Notes: generated by a model not told the origin, from the letters alone. A DNA stretch of 64,000 nt from an uncultured Chlamydiae bacterium (GCA_963730605.1 CAVSSM010000001.1:1-64000); one strand, 5' to 3'. Positions 49,884 to 61,600 are shown, counted from the stretch's first letter. A program made the numbers and translations.

Positions 49884-50987
49884 ATGTGTACACAAGTTAT
49901 TTCGGCAATCCAAGAATTGGGCGGAGTCCTCGGTTGCCAAAGTCCTCTGGCTCCAATAGAGGAGGAAAACAAAGTCGCCGAAGCCGCCCAAAAAGTCCTC
50001 GATGCGAAAAAAGGGCATGTAAAGACGGCGCTCGATAACAAATGGGAACGGTACAACCCCATCCTGATCGGAGGGGACTTCTTTAGCGTCGGTTATTTGG
50101 CGTTCCAGGGAGTTCAAAGCCTAGTGCCGAGCGTGCAACAGATTGCCGCTATCGCAATTGCAGGCCTTGTTTGCGGCGTTATCGCTGGCGCGATCAACGT
50201 CGGGGTCGGACTGATCTCATTGAAAGAAGCCATTCAAGCGTTTCATAACGGCGACAGGGTGTTAGGCCTTAGGCTGCTGCTCGATTTCTTCTGTTGGACT
50301 TCCATCGGTGTAGTCATGATCCTGGCGTCGCTTGCGATCAAAGTGACCGCCCTTGCGGCGATCGGCGCGTTTTTCGCCGCGCATCCTTGGGTCCTTCCGG
50401 TCCTCTTCTTCGTCGCTACGATACCGCTCTTGGTTGAACTCGGCTACAGGATCCAACAGGTCTTTGCATCGAAAGATCTGGGCTCCAAATTGAATTTGAA
50501 CGAGTTGGAAACTCTTCTCAAAGCTGCAGCGCCGGATTGGGAGAAAATCAATAGGCTAAATCCATTCAACCTGAAAGGATTAGAAAAAAAGAGCGAGGAG
50601 CTCCAATCCTTAAGCGGGAAAATGGAAGAACTCCAAGCCGATATGGGCGTAGAGGCAGCGGTCGAGGTTTTTGAGCTGCTCAAACTGATTCAGGAAAAAA
50701 ATGAGATCAAAGCGCTCGAGCAAATCAAAACCGCAAAACAAAAGATCGAGGAATGGAACCGGTCCCTCTATCTCAGGATGTTCCAGCAGATCCTCTATTT
50801 CGTCGGGTTCATTGTGAGCATGGCGGCCCTTGCACCCAATGTAAATGCAGGCCTGCTCAATGGGACGCAAAGCTTTTTCCTCGTAGGGGCGAACGCCATT
50901 CCCCTCTACATGGATGGGTTTTGGCCCTTTAGACGAAATACGCCCATGGTCGTTCCGAAAGTAGAAAATGCGGAAATTACTGCCTAA
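49884..50987 (+). CDS. Hypothetical multi-pass membrane protein with coiled-coil region
   Basis: 367-aa ORF with hydrophobic hairpins and a Glu/Lys-rich helix; architecture resembles 46802-47788. Confidence 0.7.
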   Translation: MCTQVISAIQELGGVLGCQSPLAPIEEENKVAEAAQKVLDAKKGHVKTALDNKWERYNPILIGGDFFSVGYLAFQGVQSLVPSVQQIAAIAIAGLVCGVIAGAINVGVGLISLKEAIQAFHNGDRVLGLRLLLDFFCWTSIGVVMILASLAIKVTALAAIGAFFAAHPWVLPVLFFVATIPLLVELGYRIQQVFASKDLGSKLNLNELETLLKAAAPDWEKINRLNPFNLKGLEKKSEELQSLSGKMEELQADMGVEAAVEVFELLKLIQEKNEIKALEQIKTAKQKIEEWNRSLYLRMFQQILYFVGFIVSMAALAPNVNAGLLNGTQSFFLVGANAIPLYMDGFWPFRRNTPMVVPKVENAEITA

Positions 50988-50993
50988 GAGTCT

Positions 50994-51278
50994 CTAACCG
51001 CCGCCTCTTTTCGGCCAGCGGCGGACGCCATCGACCGTGAAGCTTTCAGGCTCGCGGCAAGGCATTGGCGTTGTGTCGAATTCGACGCCTTCCTCGTAAT
51101 CAATATCCCAATCGGCCCTCTTGCCTTTCCGCCCCGCTTTCGGGTTCATGGAGCCGGCCGGTTTTTCCTCCCTGAGATGGGATATTTGATTGGCGCTTAG
51201 CGGCTTCGCTTTGGCAATCGCATCCCTTGCCGCCCGGCCGCTTGAAGCTGGTTTACCCGGTCTATATCTTGGTTTCAT
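50994..51278 (-). CDS. Small basic hypothetical protein
   Basis: AAGGTG RBS; 94-aa ORF downstream of pyk. Confidence 0.5.
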   Translation of the reverse strand: MKPRYRPGKPASSGRAARDAIAKAKPLSANQISHLREEKPAGSMNPKAGRKGKRADWDIDYEEGVEFDTTPMPCREPESFTVDGVRRWPKRGGG

Positions 51279-51335
51279 AGTTCACCTTTAATTTAATAAT
51301 ATATGAATCCGTAATTAAATTAACGGGTAATCTTA

Positions 51336-53132
51336 TTACATTGAAAACACGGGACAAGCGGGAGATTCTTCGCTGCCCCGATAGACCAGCCCCCTTTGCG
51401 GATCGAGGGTGATCTCTTCCCCCTCTTGGAGCAGGCTCATGGCGCCGTCGGCGCGGGTCATGACCGGGATCTCGAAGGTCTTAGCGACGAGCGACGCGTA
51501 TTTTTCGGAGGTTGTATCGCCGACATAATTTTGAAGGATCACCCCTGCCGCAGATTTGAGCACTGGCAAAAAAGTGGGATCGCAGTGGAGAATCACCGCG
51601 AGGCGTCCCTCCAACGATTCCGGATCCAGGGCTTCGGGCGACAAGACGATCGATACTTTTCCGGTGACCTTAGAGCCGAACCCTTTATGGCCGCGGACGA
51701 GCACCTCGCCGATGCTTTGAACCGTCATCATGTTGGTCGTCCCCTTTTTCCCAAAAGGAACCCCGGCGGTAACGATGACAATATCTCCGAAAGAGATCAG
51801 CTTCCCAACAAGCGCGGCGGCTGTGGCCGCGGCAAACGCTTCCTTTGCGCTCTTGCATCCGGGGCAATGGATCGGCACGACCCCCCAGTTTGACGCGAGC
51901 TGATGGTATACTTTTTGGTTCGAGGTTACTGCAATGATGGGGATCTGAGGCCTCAGCCGAGAAACCAGGCGGGCTGTCATACCGCTGGCTGTAAAGGCGA
52001 AAATCGCTTTGGCATTTGCGCTATAGGCGGTCTTGACCGCGGCCATGGCCACCGCCGAGGAAAGATCGTGGTAATCCCTCTGGGAATGCTGCTCGAAAAA
52101 GACCCGGAAAGGGAAATCGGCCTCCGCCTCTTGCGCGATGCTCTTCATCCTGAGCACCGTCTCGATCGGATAATTTCCCACAGCGCTCTCCCCCGAGAGC
52201 ATAATCGCGGATGTGGAGTCGTAGATCGCATTGGCGACATCGGATACTTCCGCCCTCGTCGGCCTTGGGTTGACGATCATCGATTCGAGCATTTGGGTCG
52301 CAGTAATCGAAGGTTTGCAGGCTTGATAGCACTTCCGGATCATCATTTTCTGCAGCTTCGGGACGAGGGCCAAATCGACCTCCACGCCAAGGTCGCCCCT
52401 TGCAATCATGATCCCGTCCGCCACTTGGACGATGCTATCGAAATTTTCAACACCGTGGCTGTTTTCGATCTTTGCGATGACGAGGATGTCGGGTTTGCCT
52501 TCTTTCGCCAAAAACTCCTTATAGGAAAGGACGTGATGGGCAGAGCGGATAAAAGACGCGGCGACAAGGTCGACATCCTCCTCGCAGGCAAATTTAAGGT
52601 CGGCAATGTCCTTCTCGGTTACGGCGGGAAGATCGAGACGGGCGCCTGGCATATTGATCCCTTTTCCGCTCTTCAAAACACCCCCGTTTTGCATCTCGAT
52701 CACGGCTGAGTCCCCCTTTACGTCCACCACAGTCGAGATAATGTTCCCGTCGTCGAAAAGGACTAACATGTCCTGCTTAAGAGCCTGAAACGCTTCGAGC
52801 GGGCGCATGGGGATTTCATCGGGAGCGGCGGCCGATACGCTCACGGGCACGAGTTTGAAGCGCTGCTTCGGCTTTATGGCGAGCGCGTCTCCGGACACTT
52901 TCCCGACCCGGATCTCAGGGCCTTTGATGTCGATCATGATCGCCATGGGCTGCTTGAGCGCCGCGCGCGCTTTCTTCAAATTTGCGATATTGCGCCTGTG
53001 TTCTTCGGGAGAACCATGGCTGAAATTGAGGCGGGCGACATTCATGCCGGCCTCTATCAACGCGACCATTTTTTCATAGGTGGCCACAGCAGGGCCGATC
53101 GTACAGACGATTTTTGTACGTGTAAACGTCAT
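51336..53132 (-). CDS. pyk: Pyruvate kinase with C-terminal PEP-utiliser-like domain
   Basis: TKIVCTIGP, ARLNFSHG, KGPEIR, IAKIEN, MIARGDLGVE, ATQMLESM, PTRAE. Confidence 0.97.
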   Translation of the reverse strand: MTFTRTKIVCTIGPAVATYEKMVALIEAGMNVARLNFSHGSPEEHRRNIANLKKARAALKQPMAIMIDIKGPEIRVGKVSGDALAIKPKQRFKLVPVSVSAAAPDEIPMRPLEAFQALKQDMLVLFDDGNIISTVVDVKGDSAVIEMQNGGVLKSGKGINMPGARLDLPAVTEKDIADLKFACEEDVDLVAASFIRSAHHVLSYKEFLAKEGKPDILVIAKIENSHGVENFDSIVQVADGIMIARGDLGVEVDLALVPKLQKMMIRKCYQACKPSITATQMLESMIVNPRPTRAEVSDVANAIYDSTSAIMLSGESAVGNYPIETVLRMKSIAQEAEADFPFRVFFEQHSQRDYHDLSSAVAMAAVKTAYSANAKAIFAFTASGMTARLVSRLRPQIPIIAVTSNQKVYHQLASNWGVVPIHCPGCKSAKEAFAAATAAALVGKLISFGDIVIVTAGVPFGKKGTTNMMTVQSIGEVLVRGHKGFGSKVTGKVSIVLSPEALDPESLEGRLAVILHCDPTFLPVLKSAAGVILQNYVGDTTSEKYASLVAKTFEIPVMTRADGAMSLLQEGEEITLDPQRGLVYRGSEESPACPVFSM

Positions 53133-53236
53133 GTTGATAATTTAACCTTTCTTTAATTTATAGGCAAAAAAGAGCTGCTGTTGTCCTAAAAAAGGGAGTT
53201 CCTGTAAAATCTCCCCACGTTTACTGGAATTTTTCG

Positions 53237-54214
53237 ATGCAACCGATCCTATTTACCAAGAATTTGAAAAAAGGGTTTAAAACCAATAAAGGCTTCCAGG
53301 AGGCCGTCCGCGGGGTCGATCTATCTGTTTCCTCTGGGGAAATCTTCGGTTTTTTGGGTCCGAACGGTGCAGGAAAGACAACGACTCTCCGCATGCTCAC
53401 AACTCTTCTGCAGCCCGACAGCGGCGAGGCCTTTGTCGCCGGTTTCGACGTCCAGAAAGATCCGCAAGAAGTGAGGAAGCGGATCGGCTATGTCAGCCAA
53501 TCGGGCGGGGCAGACCGAGATGCAAAGGGCCTTGAGAACCTGATCTTGCAAGGGCGGCTCTACGGCATGAGCCAAACCGATGCCAAAAAGCGGGCGGGCG
53601 AGGTGATCGAGATTTTGAATCTTGGTGACTGCGCCGATCGGTTTGTCAGGACATATTCAGGCGGGCAGAGGCGGCGGCTCGATATCGGCCTCGGGATTAT
53701 GCAGCGGCCCCAAATCCTCTTTTTAGATGAGCCGACCACCGGCTTGGATCCGCAGAATCGGGCCAATCTTTGGGATCAGATCCGCGTGCTTCGCGGCCAG
53801 GGAACGACCGTTTTTCTCACCTCCCACTATTTGGACGAAATCGATTCCCTAACAGATCGCCTTGCGATCATGGACCAAGGGCGGATCGTCACTGAAGGCT
53901 CTCCGAGAGAATTGAAAAAGCAAATCGCGGGCGATGTGGTCACGATCGGACTGAAGAGGGACGAGATGGCGAATATTCAGGCTCTCGAGCTTTTTAAGCG
54001 CCACTCGTTCGTTCGGGAAGCGACCCAGGAAAATGAGAGCATGCGCCTTTATGTGGAGGATGGGGAATCTGCGATCCCGCAAATTTTGCGCCTCTTGGAC
54101 CAAGAAAAAATTCATCTTCAGACGATCGCGCTTTCCGTGCCCACGCTCGACGATGTATTTCTCAAAAAAACGGGCCGCTCACTCAGTGAAGACGCCCTAA
54201 GGGGAACCCGATGA
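53237..54214 (+). CDS. DrrA-type ABC exporter ATP-binding protein
   Basis: GPNGAGKT, YSGGQRRR, LFLDEPTTGLDP, PTLDDVFL. Confidence 0.93.
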   Translation: MQPILFTKNLKKGFKTNKGFQEAVRGVDLSVSSGEIFGFLGPNGAGKTTTLRMLTTLLQPDSGEAFVAGFDVQKDPQEVRKRIGYVSQSGGADRDAKGLENLILQGRLYGMSQTDAKKRAGEVIEILNLGDCADRFVRTYSGGQRRRLDIGLGIMQRPQILFLDEPTTGLDPQNRANLWDQIRVLRGQGTTVFLTSHYLDEIDSLTDRLAIMDQGRIVTEGSPRELKKQIAGDVVTIGLKRDEMANIQALELFKRHSFVREATQENESMRLYVEDGESAIPQILRLLDQEKIHLQTIALSVPTLDDVFLKKTGRSLSEDALRGTR

Positions 54215-54972
54215 ATCTTCTCACCGAGATTTCTTTATTGTATAAGAGGAAACTCCTCGAGCTGCTAAGAAACCCTGCCTTCATTTTCATGGGCATTTCC
54301 ACTCCGATCCTCTATCTTGCTCTTTTTTCGCCACTCTTGAAAAATTTTGCCGGCTCGCCAGGGTTCCCTTCGGGTAATGTGATGAACACCTTTGTTCCCG
54401 GCATGCTGATTCTGACGGCCTTTTACAATGGCCTTTTTGCTGGATGGGGAGTGATCGACGAACTCCGCAGCGGGCTGATCGAGCGTTTTCGAGTGACGCC
54501 ATGCAGCCGTTTCGCGTTTTTGGCGGGCACCGTTTTGCGAGATTTGGTGGCTGTGCTCTTCCAGAATCTCTTTTTCATCCTGATCGCGATCCCGTTTGGC
54601 TTCCGGTTCGACATCTTAGGGATGGCCCTCTTGTTCCTACTTTTCTCATTGCTCCTCGCCGCCTCTTCGACCTTAGCCAACTCTCTCGGCCTGATCACCA
54701 AAAGCGAGGATAAACTCGCGCCGATCATTCAGGGCATCACTTTGCCGATCACGCTCCTTTCCGGGATGCTCTTGCCCATGGAACTCGCTCCAGGATGGCT
54801 CAGGGTCGTCGCCCACTGCAATCCGCTCTATTATGTCGTGCAGGCCGCTCGAGAGCTCTCTGCCGGCCATATTGGAGCTCCGGTTGTCGCCGAGGCCTTC
54901 CTGATCATGGCCGCTCTTACCGTGATCACCCTTCGGTGGGGAACCAACCTATTCCGCAAGGCCGTGGCTTGA
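54211..54972 (+). CDS. DrrB-type ABC-2 permease
   Basis: Six TM segments; FVPG, LLSG..P..PGWL..NPLYY. Confidence 0.9.
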   Translation: MNLLTEISLLYKRKLLELLRNPAFIFMGISTPILYLALFSPLLKNFAGSPGFPSGNVMNTFVPGMLILTAFYNGLFAGWGVIDELRSGLIERFRVTPCSRFAFLAGTVLRDLVAVLFQNLFFILIAIPFGFRFDILGMALLFLLFSLLLAASSTLANSLGLITKSEDKLAPIIQGITLPITLLSGMLLPMELAPGWLRVVAHCNPLYYVVQAARELSAGHIGAPVVAEAFLIMAALTVITLRWGTNLFRKAVA

Positions 54973-56688
54973 AGCGTTGCTTCGACATGCGGTCAAGTCA
55001 GCTTGCGCTTTTTCTTGGCCATAAATTTCCGCGAGGTATTGAGAGGCGGGCGTTTGATTCCAGCCGGTCATTTTCCGGTTTTTATCCACAACCGGATCGA
55101 GAATCGCCAATCTGCATTCAAAGCCATTTTCCCATTCCATCTGGCGGCGAAGATCGCTCCAGCAAAAGATCCCCTTGATTTCTCGGCGCTTTTCTAAGCT
55201 ATAGTCGCGGATTTTCTCTGTGAGCTCTCGCAAATAGTTCGCTTGCGCGGTATCATCTAGCTCGAATCCTGGCCTGCCCCATTTTTGAACGCTCGCGTCA
55301 GAGCCATACTCCGTGATGGATATTTGATCTGTGAGAGCAAAAGCTTCGTCGAGGATTTCATCCATGGCCTCAGCTCTCCAACGGGGGCCAAAACGCATGA
55401 CAGTACCTCCAGGCTCTACGGTCGAGCCAAAAGTGAAGAAGGGGAGGTTGTGAATTGCAGAGGGCAATCCCGGGTAGGTTTGCCCATGGTTCAGCCCCAT
55501 CTTAAACATAGCCTGAGGATACGCCTGCACCCCAAGTCGCATGAGGAAATGGCCGTTTCTCTCGAACTCTTCTTTGGGAATCACGAACTGAATGTTCGCC
55601 ATAAAGGGAAACTCAAAAGAATAGCGCCCCTCTTTGAAGAAGTGATAGACAGGAGTGAAGGCGAATTTCGTGAAATAATAAGAGAAAAGTTTTTCGAGCC
55701 AGTTTCCAGCCGCTGTATCAAATTTAAGCCATTGGTGGGTCACTCCCACCTTTTTATCGGGGTGCAGCCTTGCCGCTTCTTGGTGAAGTTTGCAGTGGGC
55801 GATCAACATGTTCCTTGTGGCTATGCCTGCCGCATACACCCGTTTAGACAGAGAACTGCCGCCCTTCAAGTCAGTGGGATACACTTCCCGCGCCTGCTGA
55901 AAAGCTTTCACTCCAATTTCATTGAAGGACCACCAATCTTTGACGTCAGGAAAAAGCTCCATCGCTTTCAGTGCAAAATCGACGAAGAGATCGATATTTT
56001 CCATCTTCTGAAAATTCCCCGATTCATAGAACCATTCGGGAAGGACAAAGTGGCTAAGAGTAATCGTTGGGGTGATGCCCGCGTTGAGCAATTTTTGAAT
56101 TAAGTTTTGATAGAGAGCGACTGCATTCATGTCGATCTCCCCTCGCCTTGGCTCAATGACAGACCATTCAAGCGAGAAGCGGTGGGCTGTGACATTTTGG
56201 CTTTTCAACATTTCGATATAAGCTGTTGGATCAGATAGAACGTCGGTAAAAAAGTTTTTATAGTCAAAACCCTCGGGATGGAGGATATGCGCAGGCTTGT
56301 CCATCCATTTGTCCCAGTCGCATTTCCCTGGAAGCGGAGGAGCTGCGCTCCATTTCGTTCCGAGACCCGATGTTTGAAAAAGAGATGTGGCAAAGCCCCT
56401 CTGGACTGGCGGCCAAGCGGGCTGAGGAGGCGAGATATCGGGGATTCTTCGAAGAGGAGCTATCTCTTTCTTAGTCAGCCACTCATGAGTAAGGGTGAGA
56501 GGAGAAACAAGAAAGAGGCATGTAAATGTAAAGAAATTCTTAACATAGTGGCTCGCTTTTTGCACCGTAGAGCATTTCTCGAACGCGAGGTTCCCTCGAT
56601 CCCAACGGACAGTTTCTGGAGGAGGAAGCAGGCACCTCTCCAGTCGAGCCAATGCAACCATAATCCCTTGAATTTTAATAGCAGGCAT
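54949..56688 (-). CDS. Glycoside hydrolase family 1 with N-terminal extension
   Basis: HRFSLEWSVIEP, TLSHFVLPEW, acid/base SFNE, nucleophile ITEYG, MEWENGF. Confidence 0.88.
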   Translation of the reverse strand: MPAIKIQGIMVALARLERCLLPPPETVRWDRGNLAFEKCSTVQKASHYVKNFFTFTCLFLVSPLTLTHEWLTKKEIAPLRRIPDISPPQPAWPPVQRGFATSLFQTSGLGTKWSAAPPLPGKCDWDKWMDKPAHILHPEGFDYKNFFTDVLSDPTAYIEMLKSQNVTAHRFSLEWSVIEPRRGEIDMNAVALYQNLIQKLLNAGITPTITLSHFVLPEWFYESGNFQKMENIDLFVDFALKAMELFPDVKDWWSFNEIGVKAFQQAREVYPTDLKGGSSLSKRVYAAGIATRNMLIAHCKLHQEAARLHPDKKVGVTHQWLKFDTAAGNWLEKLFSYYFTKFAFTPVYHFFKEGRYSFEFPFMANIQFVIPKEEFERNGHFLMRLGVQAYPQAMFKMGLNHGQTYPGLPSAIHNLPFFTFGSTVEPGGTVMRFGPRWRAEAMDEILDEAFALTDQISITEYGSDASVQKWGRPGFELDDTAQANYLRELTEKIRDYSLEKRREIKGIFCWSDLRRQMEWENGFECRLAILDPVVDKNRKMTGWNQTPASQYLAEIYGQEKAQADLTACRSNASSHGLAE

Positions 56689-56731
56689 GAGATTATCTCA
56701 GGGTCTTAATAACTATACAAGGCGTTTTTTA

Positions 56732-57928
56732 ATGGCCCGCATCGGACAAGCTTCTTCTCAAGGACAGGATCGAACCTTCCTTAATCTCTCATCAAAGATG
56801 GCAGAGCCATTTTGCGCTGTATGGGGTCTTCTCCGCTTTCGATTGGTCGCACCTCTTGACCCTAAAAAGTTTGAGAACTGCGCATCGAGAGAGAAAGAAG
56901 TTGCGGTTAGAGCGATGATCGGACTCGGCGCTTGCTTAAGCGCTTTTCTTCTACGTATAAGACCGGTTCCAATACTCTCGAGTCTCGTCATCTTGGGGTT
57001 GGGAAGCAAGGTGATGCGAGCGATTGGGTTCTCCATGCAAAAAGGAGGCTATACTCACATTCAGGGCGAGGTGCCTGAAAAATCGCTCGACGCTCGGGAC
57101 CCGCAAGTGAAGGTGATGAGCTGGAATATCTGCGGGGTCGGCGGCGGGCTATCTCTCGATCACGGAGGCGTCATAAATTGGCGGTCTCGATTGGACGCTA
57201 TTGTCGAAAAGATTAAAAATGAAAATCCCGATGTGCTGGTTCTACAGGAAATTTACGATGCCGCCCTAGGAGAGGCTCTCATAGAGAGGCTCAAAAAAGA
57301 TTATGCCCATTTCTATACGCATCTCGGTCCAAACGTGTGGGGAAGCGTCGGGGGATGCATGGTCCTTTCAAAATGCGCTGTGCATGACTTTTCACATACC
57401 TCATTTTCCAACAACAAATGGACTCTCAATCGAGGCTTTGCGGTTTTAGAGTTGAAAGCCTCCCCACAAGATTTTTTGCCCATCGCCCGCATTATCGGTA
57501 CTCACTTAATCCATGGAGATGCCCCGGAAGATAAAAAAAATCGGGCGGAGCAAATTGGGCAAATTGTAAACAATGTGATGCGCCGAGTCCTACTCCTGCC
57601 CACGATTCTAGTTGGCGATCTGAATATGGAACGGGATCAAGAAGAAGGCGCCATCCTCTCTACATTTCTTCATCACGGATATCGAGGCATTGAGCCGACT
57701 TGCACAAATCGGCTAGTGGCTCAATGGGACTATAAGGCTAAAAGCGTGTGGGGAGAAACAATCGATTATATTTCGCTTTTCAAAAGCGCTTCAGCCGAGG
57801 CAAACATCTCGATTAAGGACTGCCATCTCGTAAAAGCTTTCGATAAGTCCTATAACACAAAAACCGCCCTCTCCGACCATCATGGTCTTTCGGCCACTCT
57901 AAAGGGGTTCTCTCTTGGACTATCTTGA
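56732..57928 (+). CDS. Endonuclease/exonuclease/phosphatase protein, sphingomyelinase-like, with N-terminal membrane hairpin
   Basis: MSWNI, PDVLVLQE, GTHL, GDLN, IDYI, SDH. Confidence 0.82.
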   Translation: MARIGQASSQGQDRTFLNLSSKMAEPFCAVWGLLRFRLVAPLDPKKFENCASREKEVAVRAMIGLGACLSAFLLRIRPVPILSSLVILGLGSKVMRAIGFSMQKGGYTHIQGEVPEKSLDARDPQVKVMSWNICGVGGGLSLDHGGVINWRSRLDAIVEKIKNENPDVLVLQEIYDAALGEALIERLKKDYAHFYTHLGPNVWGSVGGCMVLSKCAVHDFSHTSFSNNKWTLNRGFAVLELKASPQDFLPIARIIGTHLIHGDAPEDKKNRAEQIGQIVNNVMRRVLLLPTILVGDLNMERDQEEGAILSTFLHHGYRGIEPTCTNRLVAQWDYKAKSVWGETIDYISLFKSASAEANISIKDCHLVKAFDKSYNTKTALSDHHGLSATLKGFSLGLS

Positions 57929-58498
57929 TTTCTGATCTTCGAGCGCTAATTTCTTTTCCAGTTGATCTAGCTCTTGGATCAGTTGCTGGAGTTCGCTCAT
58001 CTTCGGGGGCCCCTGTTTAGCGAGCATTTTGGCAATGCCATCCATCAATTTTTTCATAGATTGCTCGATCTCATCGGCTTTTTGAAGGGTTTGGAAGAGT
58101 TGCAATTCGTTCTTCTTCACTTGCGTTATTTCTTCGTCTAGGAACCTTTTAACCTTAGAATCTGGCCGTTCCTTTTGTATGGCGTCCCCAAGCCCAGCGA
58201 ACTCTGTTTTGGCGACAAGCCCATTGCCTTCCTCTCGCAAATTGTTCATTTTTGCCAGAGCCATATCCATCTGTCCCATGATTTGAGCCAATTGGTCTGA
58301 GGTTGGTGGGGTTTTGGAGCCGACGAATGCCGTCAGTTCTTGAACGAGTTTCGTGATCTCTTGGATGATTTGCTGCATTTTATCTAAGAGGGCATCGAAT
58401 TCCTTCTTGGACTTCAAATAGTCAGTCTCTAACTGTGCGAGTGCATTCTCTTGTAATAAAATATTAGCATCCGAATTAACTTTAGCAACGCCTGTCAT
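57920..58498 (-). CDS. Coiled-coil hypothetical protein
   Basis: Gln/Glu/Lys/Leu-rich helices; GAGGTGG RBS. Confidence 0.7.
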   Translation of the reverse strand: MTGVAKVNSDANILLQENALAQLETDYLKSKKEFDALLDKMQQIIQEITKLVQELTAFVGSKTPPTSDQLAQIMGQMDMALAKMNNLREEGNGLVAKTEFAGLGDAIQKERPDSKVKRFLDEEITQVKKNELQLFQTLQKADEIEQSMKKLMDGIAKMLAKQGPPKMSELQQLIQELDQLEKKLALEDQKSR

Positions 58499-58614
58499 AA
58501 CCACCTCATTAATCACCTTGTCTTGATCATAACATTATAAAAGATTTTTTTAAATTATATAAAATCCCAATATTGTTTGCGTTGTCTCTTTCCGACCATT
58601 AGAATATTGGGATT

Positions 58615-61600
58615 ATGGATCAGCCCATCCTCCTTAAGAATGTCAAGGTGCATAACCTGAAGGGGGTCGATTTGACGTTAACGCCGGGGAGCTCGTCGTA
58701 TTTACGGGGGTCTCCGGCTCGGGGAAATCGTCGCTTGCGTTCGACACGATCTACGTGGAAGGGCAGAGGCGCTACATCGAATCCCTCTCCCACCAGGCGC
58801 GCCGCCACTTGGCCGAGCTGCCGAAGCCCGACGCGGAGAGCATTTCCGGGATAGCGCCGACGATCGCGATCGAGCAAAAACTCTCCGCTAGGACGCCCCG
58901 TTCTACCGTCGGCACGCTCACAGGCATCTACGACTTCCTCAGGGTCCTCTATGCGCGGATCGGCATCCCCCACTGCCCCGTGAGCAAAGAGGCCGTAGGC
59001 GCTTTGAGCAAAGAAAAAATCATCGCCCAGATTGCAGCCTTTCAGAAAGGCGCCAAGATCCTCATTCTCGCACCGTTTGCGAGAGGAAAAAAAGGGGAAT
59101 TCATCGAAGAGTTCAAAGAGCTCTTGAGCAAAGGGTTCACCCGTGTAAGAGTCGATGGGGCCGAGCTCGATTTATCGGATCCCGTCCAGCTCGACGGCAA
59201 AGCGGCGCATGACGTCGATATCGTCATCGACCGTCTGAAAGTGGAGGATGAATCGCGCTCCCGGATTGCCGAGTCGGCCTCTTTGGCCCTCGAGATGGGA
59301 GGCGGCATGTGCAGCGTTTTGAATGCCGATACAGGGAAAGAAACCCTGTTTTCCCAAACGGCCTATTCAAAAAAGTCGGGACTCTCCTATGGGCCATTGC
59401 AGCCGCACGATTTTTCCTTCAACCATCCTGAAGGGATGTGCCCGACTTGCCATGGCCTCGGCGAGGCGTCTGAATTCGACCTCGAGAAAATCATCGACCC
59501 CTCTTTAAGCATTGCGGAAGATTGCTGCAAGATCGCAAGCTCCTACAAAACGATCCGCTACGGCAATATCTACGACAATTTAGCCAGGATCTTCAAGTTC
59601 GATATCGTTGAGCCCTGGAAGGAGCTTCCGGCAAACGCAAAACACGCCTTCCTTTACGGCTTGGACCAAAAATGGACCCGGATGCAGTTCTACCATCCGG
59701 AAAAGAAAACCAGGTGGATGGAATATGTCCGCTGGCCCGGGGTCATCCATGAGGCAAGAGAGAGGCTGAACTCCGCCACAAGCGAACTTTACCGAAAGAA
59801 AATGGGCGAGCTGATGACGAAGGGGGTTTGTCCAGCATGTCAGGGCGCCCGGATCAAACCCTATCCCGCTGAAGCGCGGCTGCAAGGAAAAAAAATCGCC
59901 GAAACGACGGCGATGCCTCTTGCGGAGACCCTTTCTTTTTTCCATAAGCTGAAACTTTCGGATCTCGAGGCCCAAATCGCGAGTGAGCTTTTGAAAGAGA
60001 TCCGGATGCGGCTCAAGTTTTTGATCGAGGTCGGCCTCTCCTATCTTTCTCTTGACCGAACCTCCCCCACATTAAGCGGAGGCGAATCGCAGAGGGTCCG
60101 CCTCGCCTCGCAAATCGGCGCGCCCTTAGCGGGGGCGATCTATGTGCTTGACGAACCGTCGATTGGACTTCACCCCGCCGACCATCACAAGCTGATCGGC
60201 ACGCTCCTGCATCTCCGAGACCTCGGCAACACGGTCCTCGTCGTCGAACACGACCCCGATACGATCATGGCTGGAGATACCGTGGTCGACGTGGGGCCGC
60301 TTGCCGGCCAGCATGGAGGAGAAATCCTTTGCTGCGGATCGGTGAACGAACTGATAAAAGAGCCCCGTTCTTTGACGGGAGGGTATCTCTCGGGGCGCTT
60401 ACGTATAGAGCCGCCGATAGAGAGGCGCAAACTCGACAAGGGGCTCACCATCGCCGGGGCTGTCCACCACAACTTGCAGAATCTGACGGTCTCGATCCCT
60501 CTTGGAGGACTCATTTGCGTCACCGGCGTTTCAGGATCGGGGAAATCGTCCCTCATTACCGACATCCTCTATCCAGCCCTCGCGAATCAGTTCCACCATG
60601 CGAATATGCCTGTAGGGAAGCACAAATCCATCACCGGGCTGGAATGGCTCGATAAAATCATCGCCGTCGACCAGTCGCCGATCGGGCGCACTCCCCGATC
60701 GAACGCAGCCACCTACATCAAGCTCTTCGATGAGATCCGGGATCTTTTCGCCGAGCTTCCAGAGAGCAAACTGAGAGGGTTCAATGCTGGCTATTTCAGT
60801 TTCAACGTGAAAGAGGGCTCCTGTTCGTACTGCGGCGGCAATGGGAGCACCCGGATCGATATGGATTTCATGGAAGACGCCTGGATCGAATGCCCCCAAT
60901 GCAAAGGGCGCCGCTTCGATCCGGAGATTTTGGCTGTCCAGTTCAAAGGCAAAAGCATCGCCGATATCTTGGCGACCGACGTCGAACACGCTCTTCCCCT
61001 CTTTGACGCGATCCCAACGATTCGCCGGAAATTGGAAGTATTGAGTTTGGTGGGGCTCGATTATTTGACACTCGGACAACCGTCCACGACGCTCTCGGGG
61101 GGGAGGCTCAACGGATCAAACTCGCCAAAGAACTTGTCCGACCAGGCTCGGGGAAAACGCTCTACATTCTTGACGAGCCGACGACAGGGCTCCATTTCCA
61201 CGATATCAAAAAACTGATTGCTATTTTGCAAAAGTTGGTCGATCAGGGAAATACCGTCCTCGTGATTGAACATAACCTCGACCTGATCAAGACGGCCGAT
61301 TGGATCGTCGACCTCGGGCCGGGAGCGGGAATTTATGGAGGGACGCTCGTCGGAGAGGGTCCGCCGGAAAAAATCGCAAAACTGGATACTCCGACAGGAA
61401 TTGCGCTCAAGGGGCTCCCCCGCTATAAAAAACCGCCGGCTCCCCTTTCCGAGAGGCCGAATTCGATCGAAGTCGTGGGCGCCTCGCAAAACAACCTCAA
61501 ATCGGTCTCCCTTTCCTGCCCAAGGGGGCAGATCAGCGTCTTCACGGGACCCTCCGGTTCGGGAAAATCGTCGCTTGCCTTCGATACGCTCTATGCGGAA

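Noticed and set aside
51396..52709. Long antisense or alternative-frame ORFs (also 55285-56103, 30231-30929, 11659-12333)
   Set aside because: They are shadow frames of well-supported genes.
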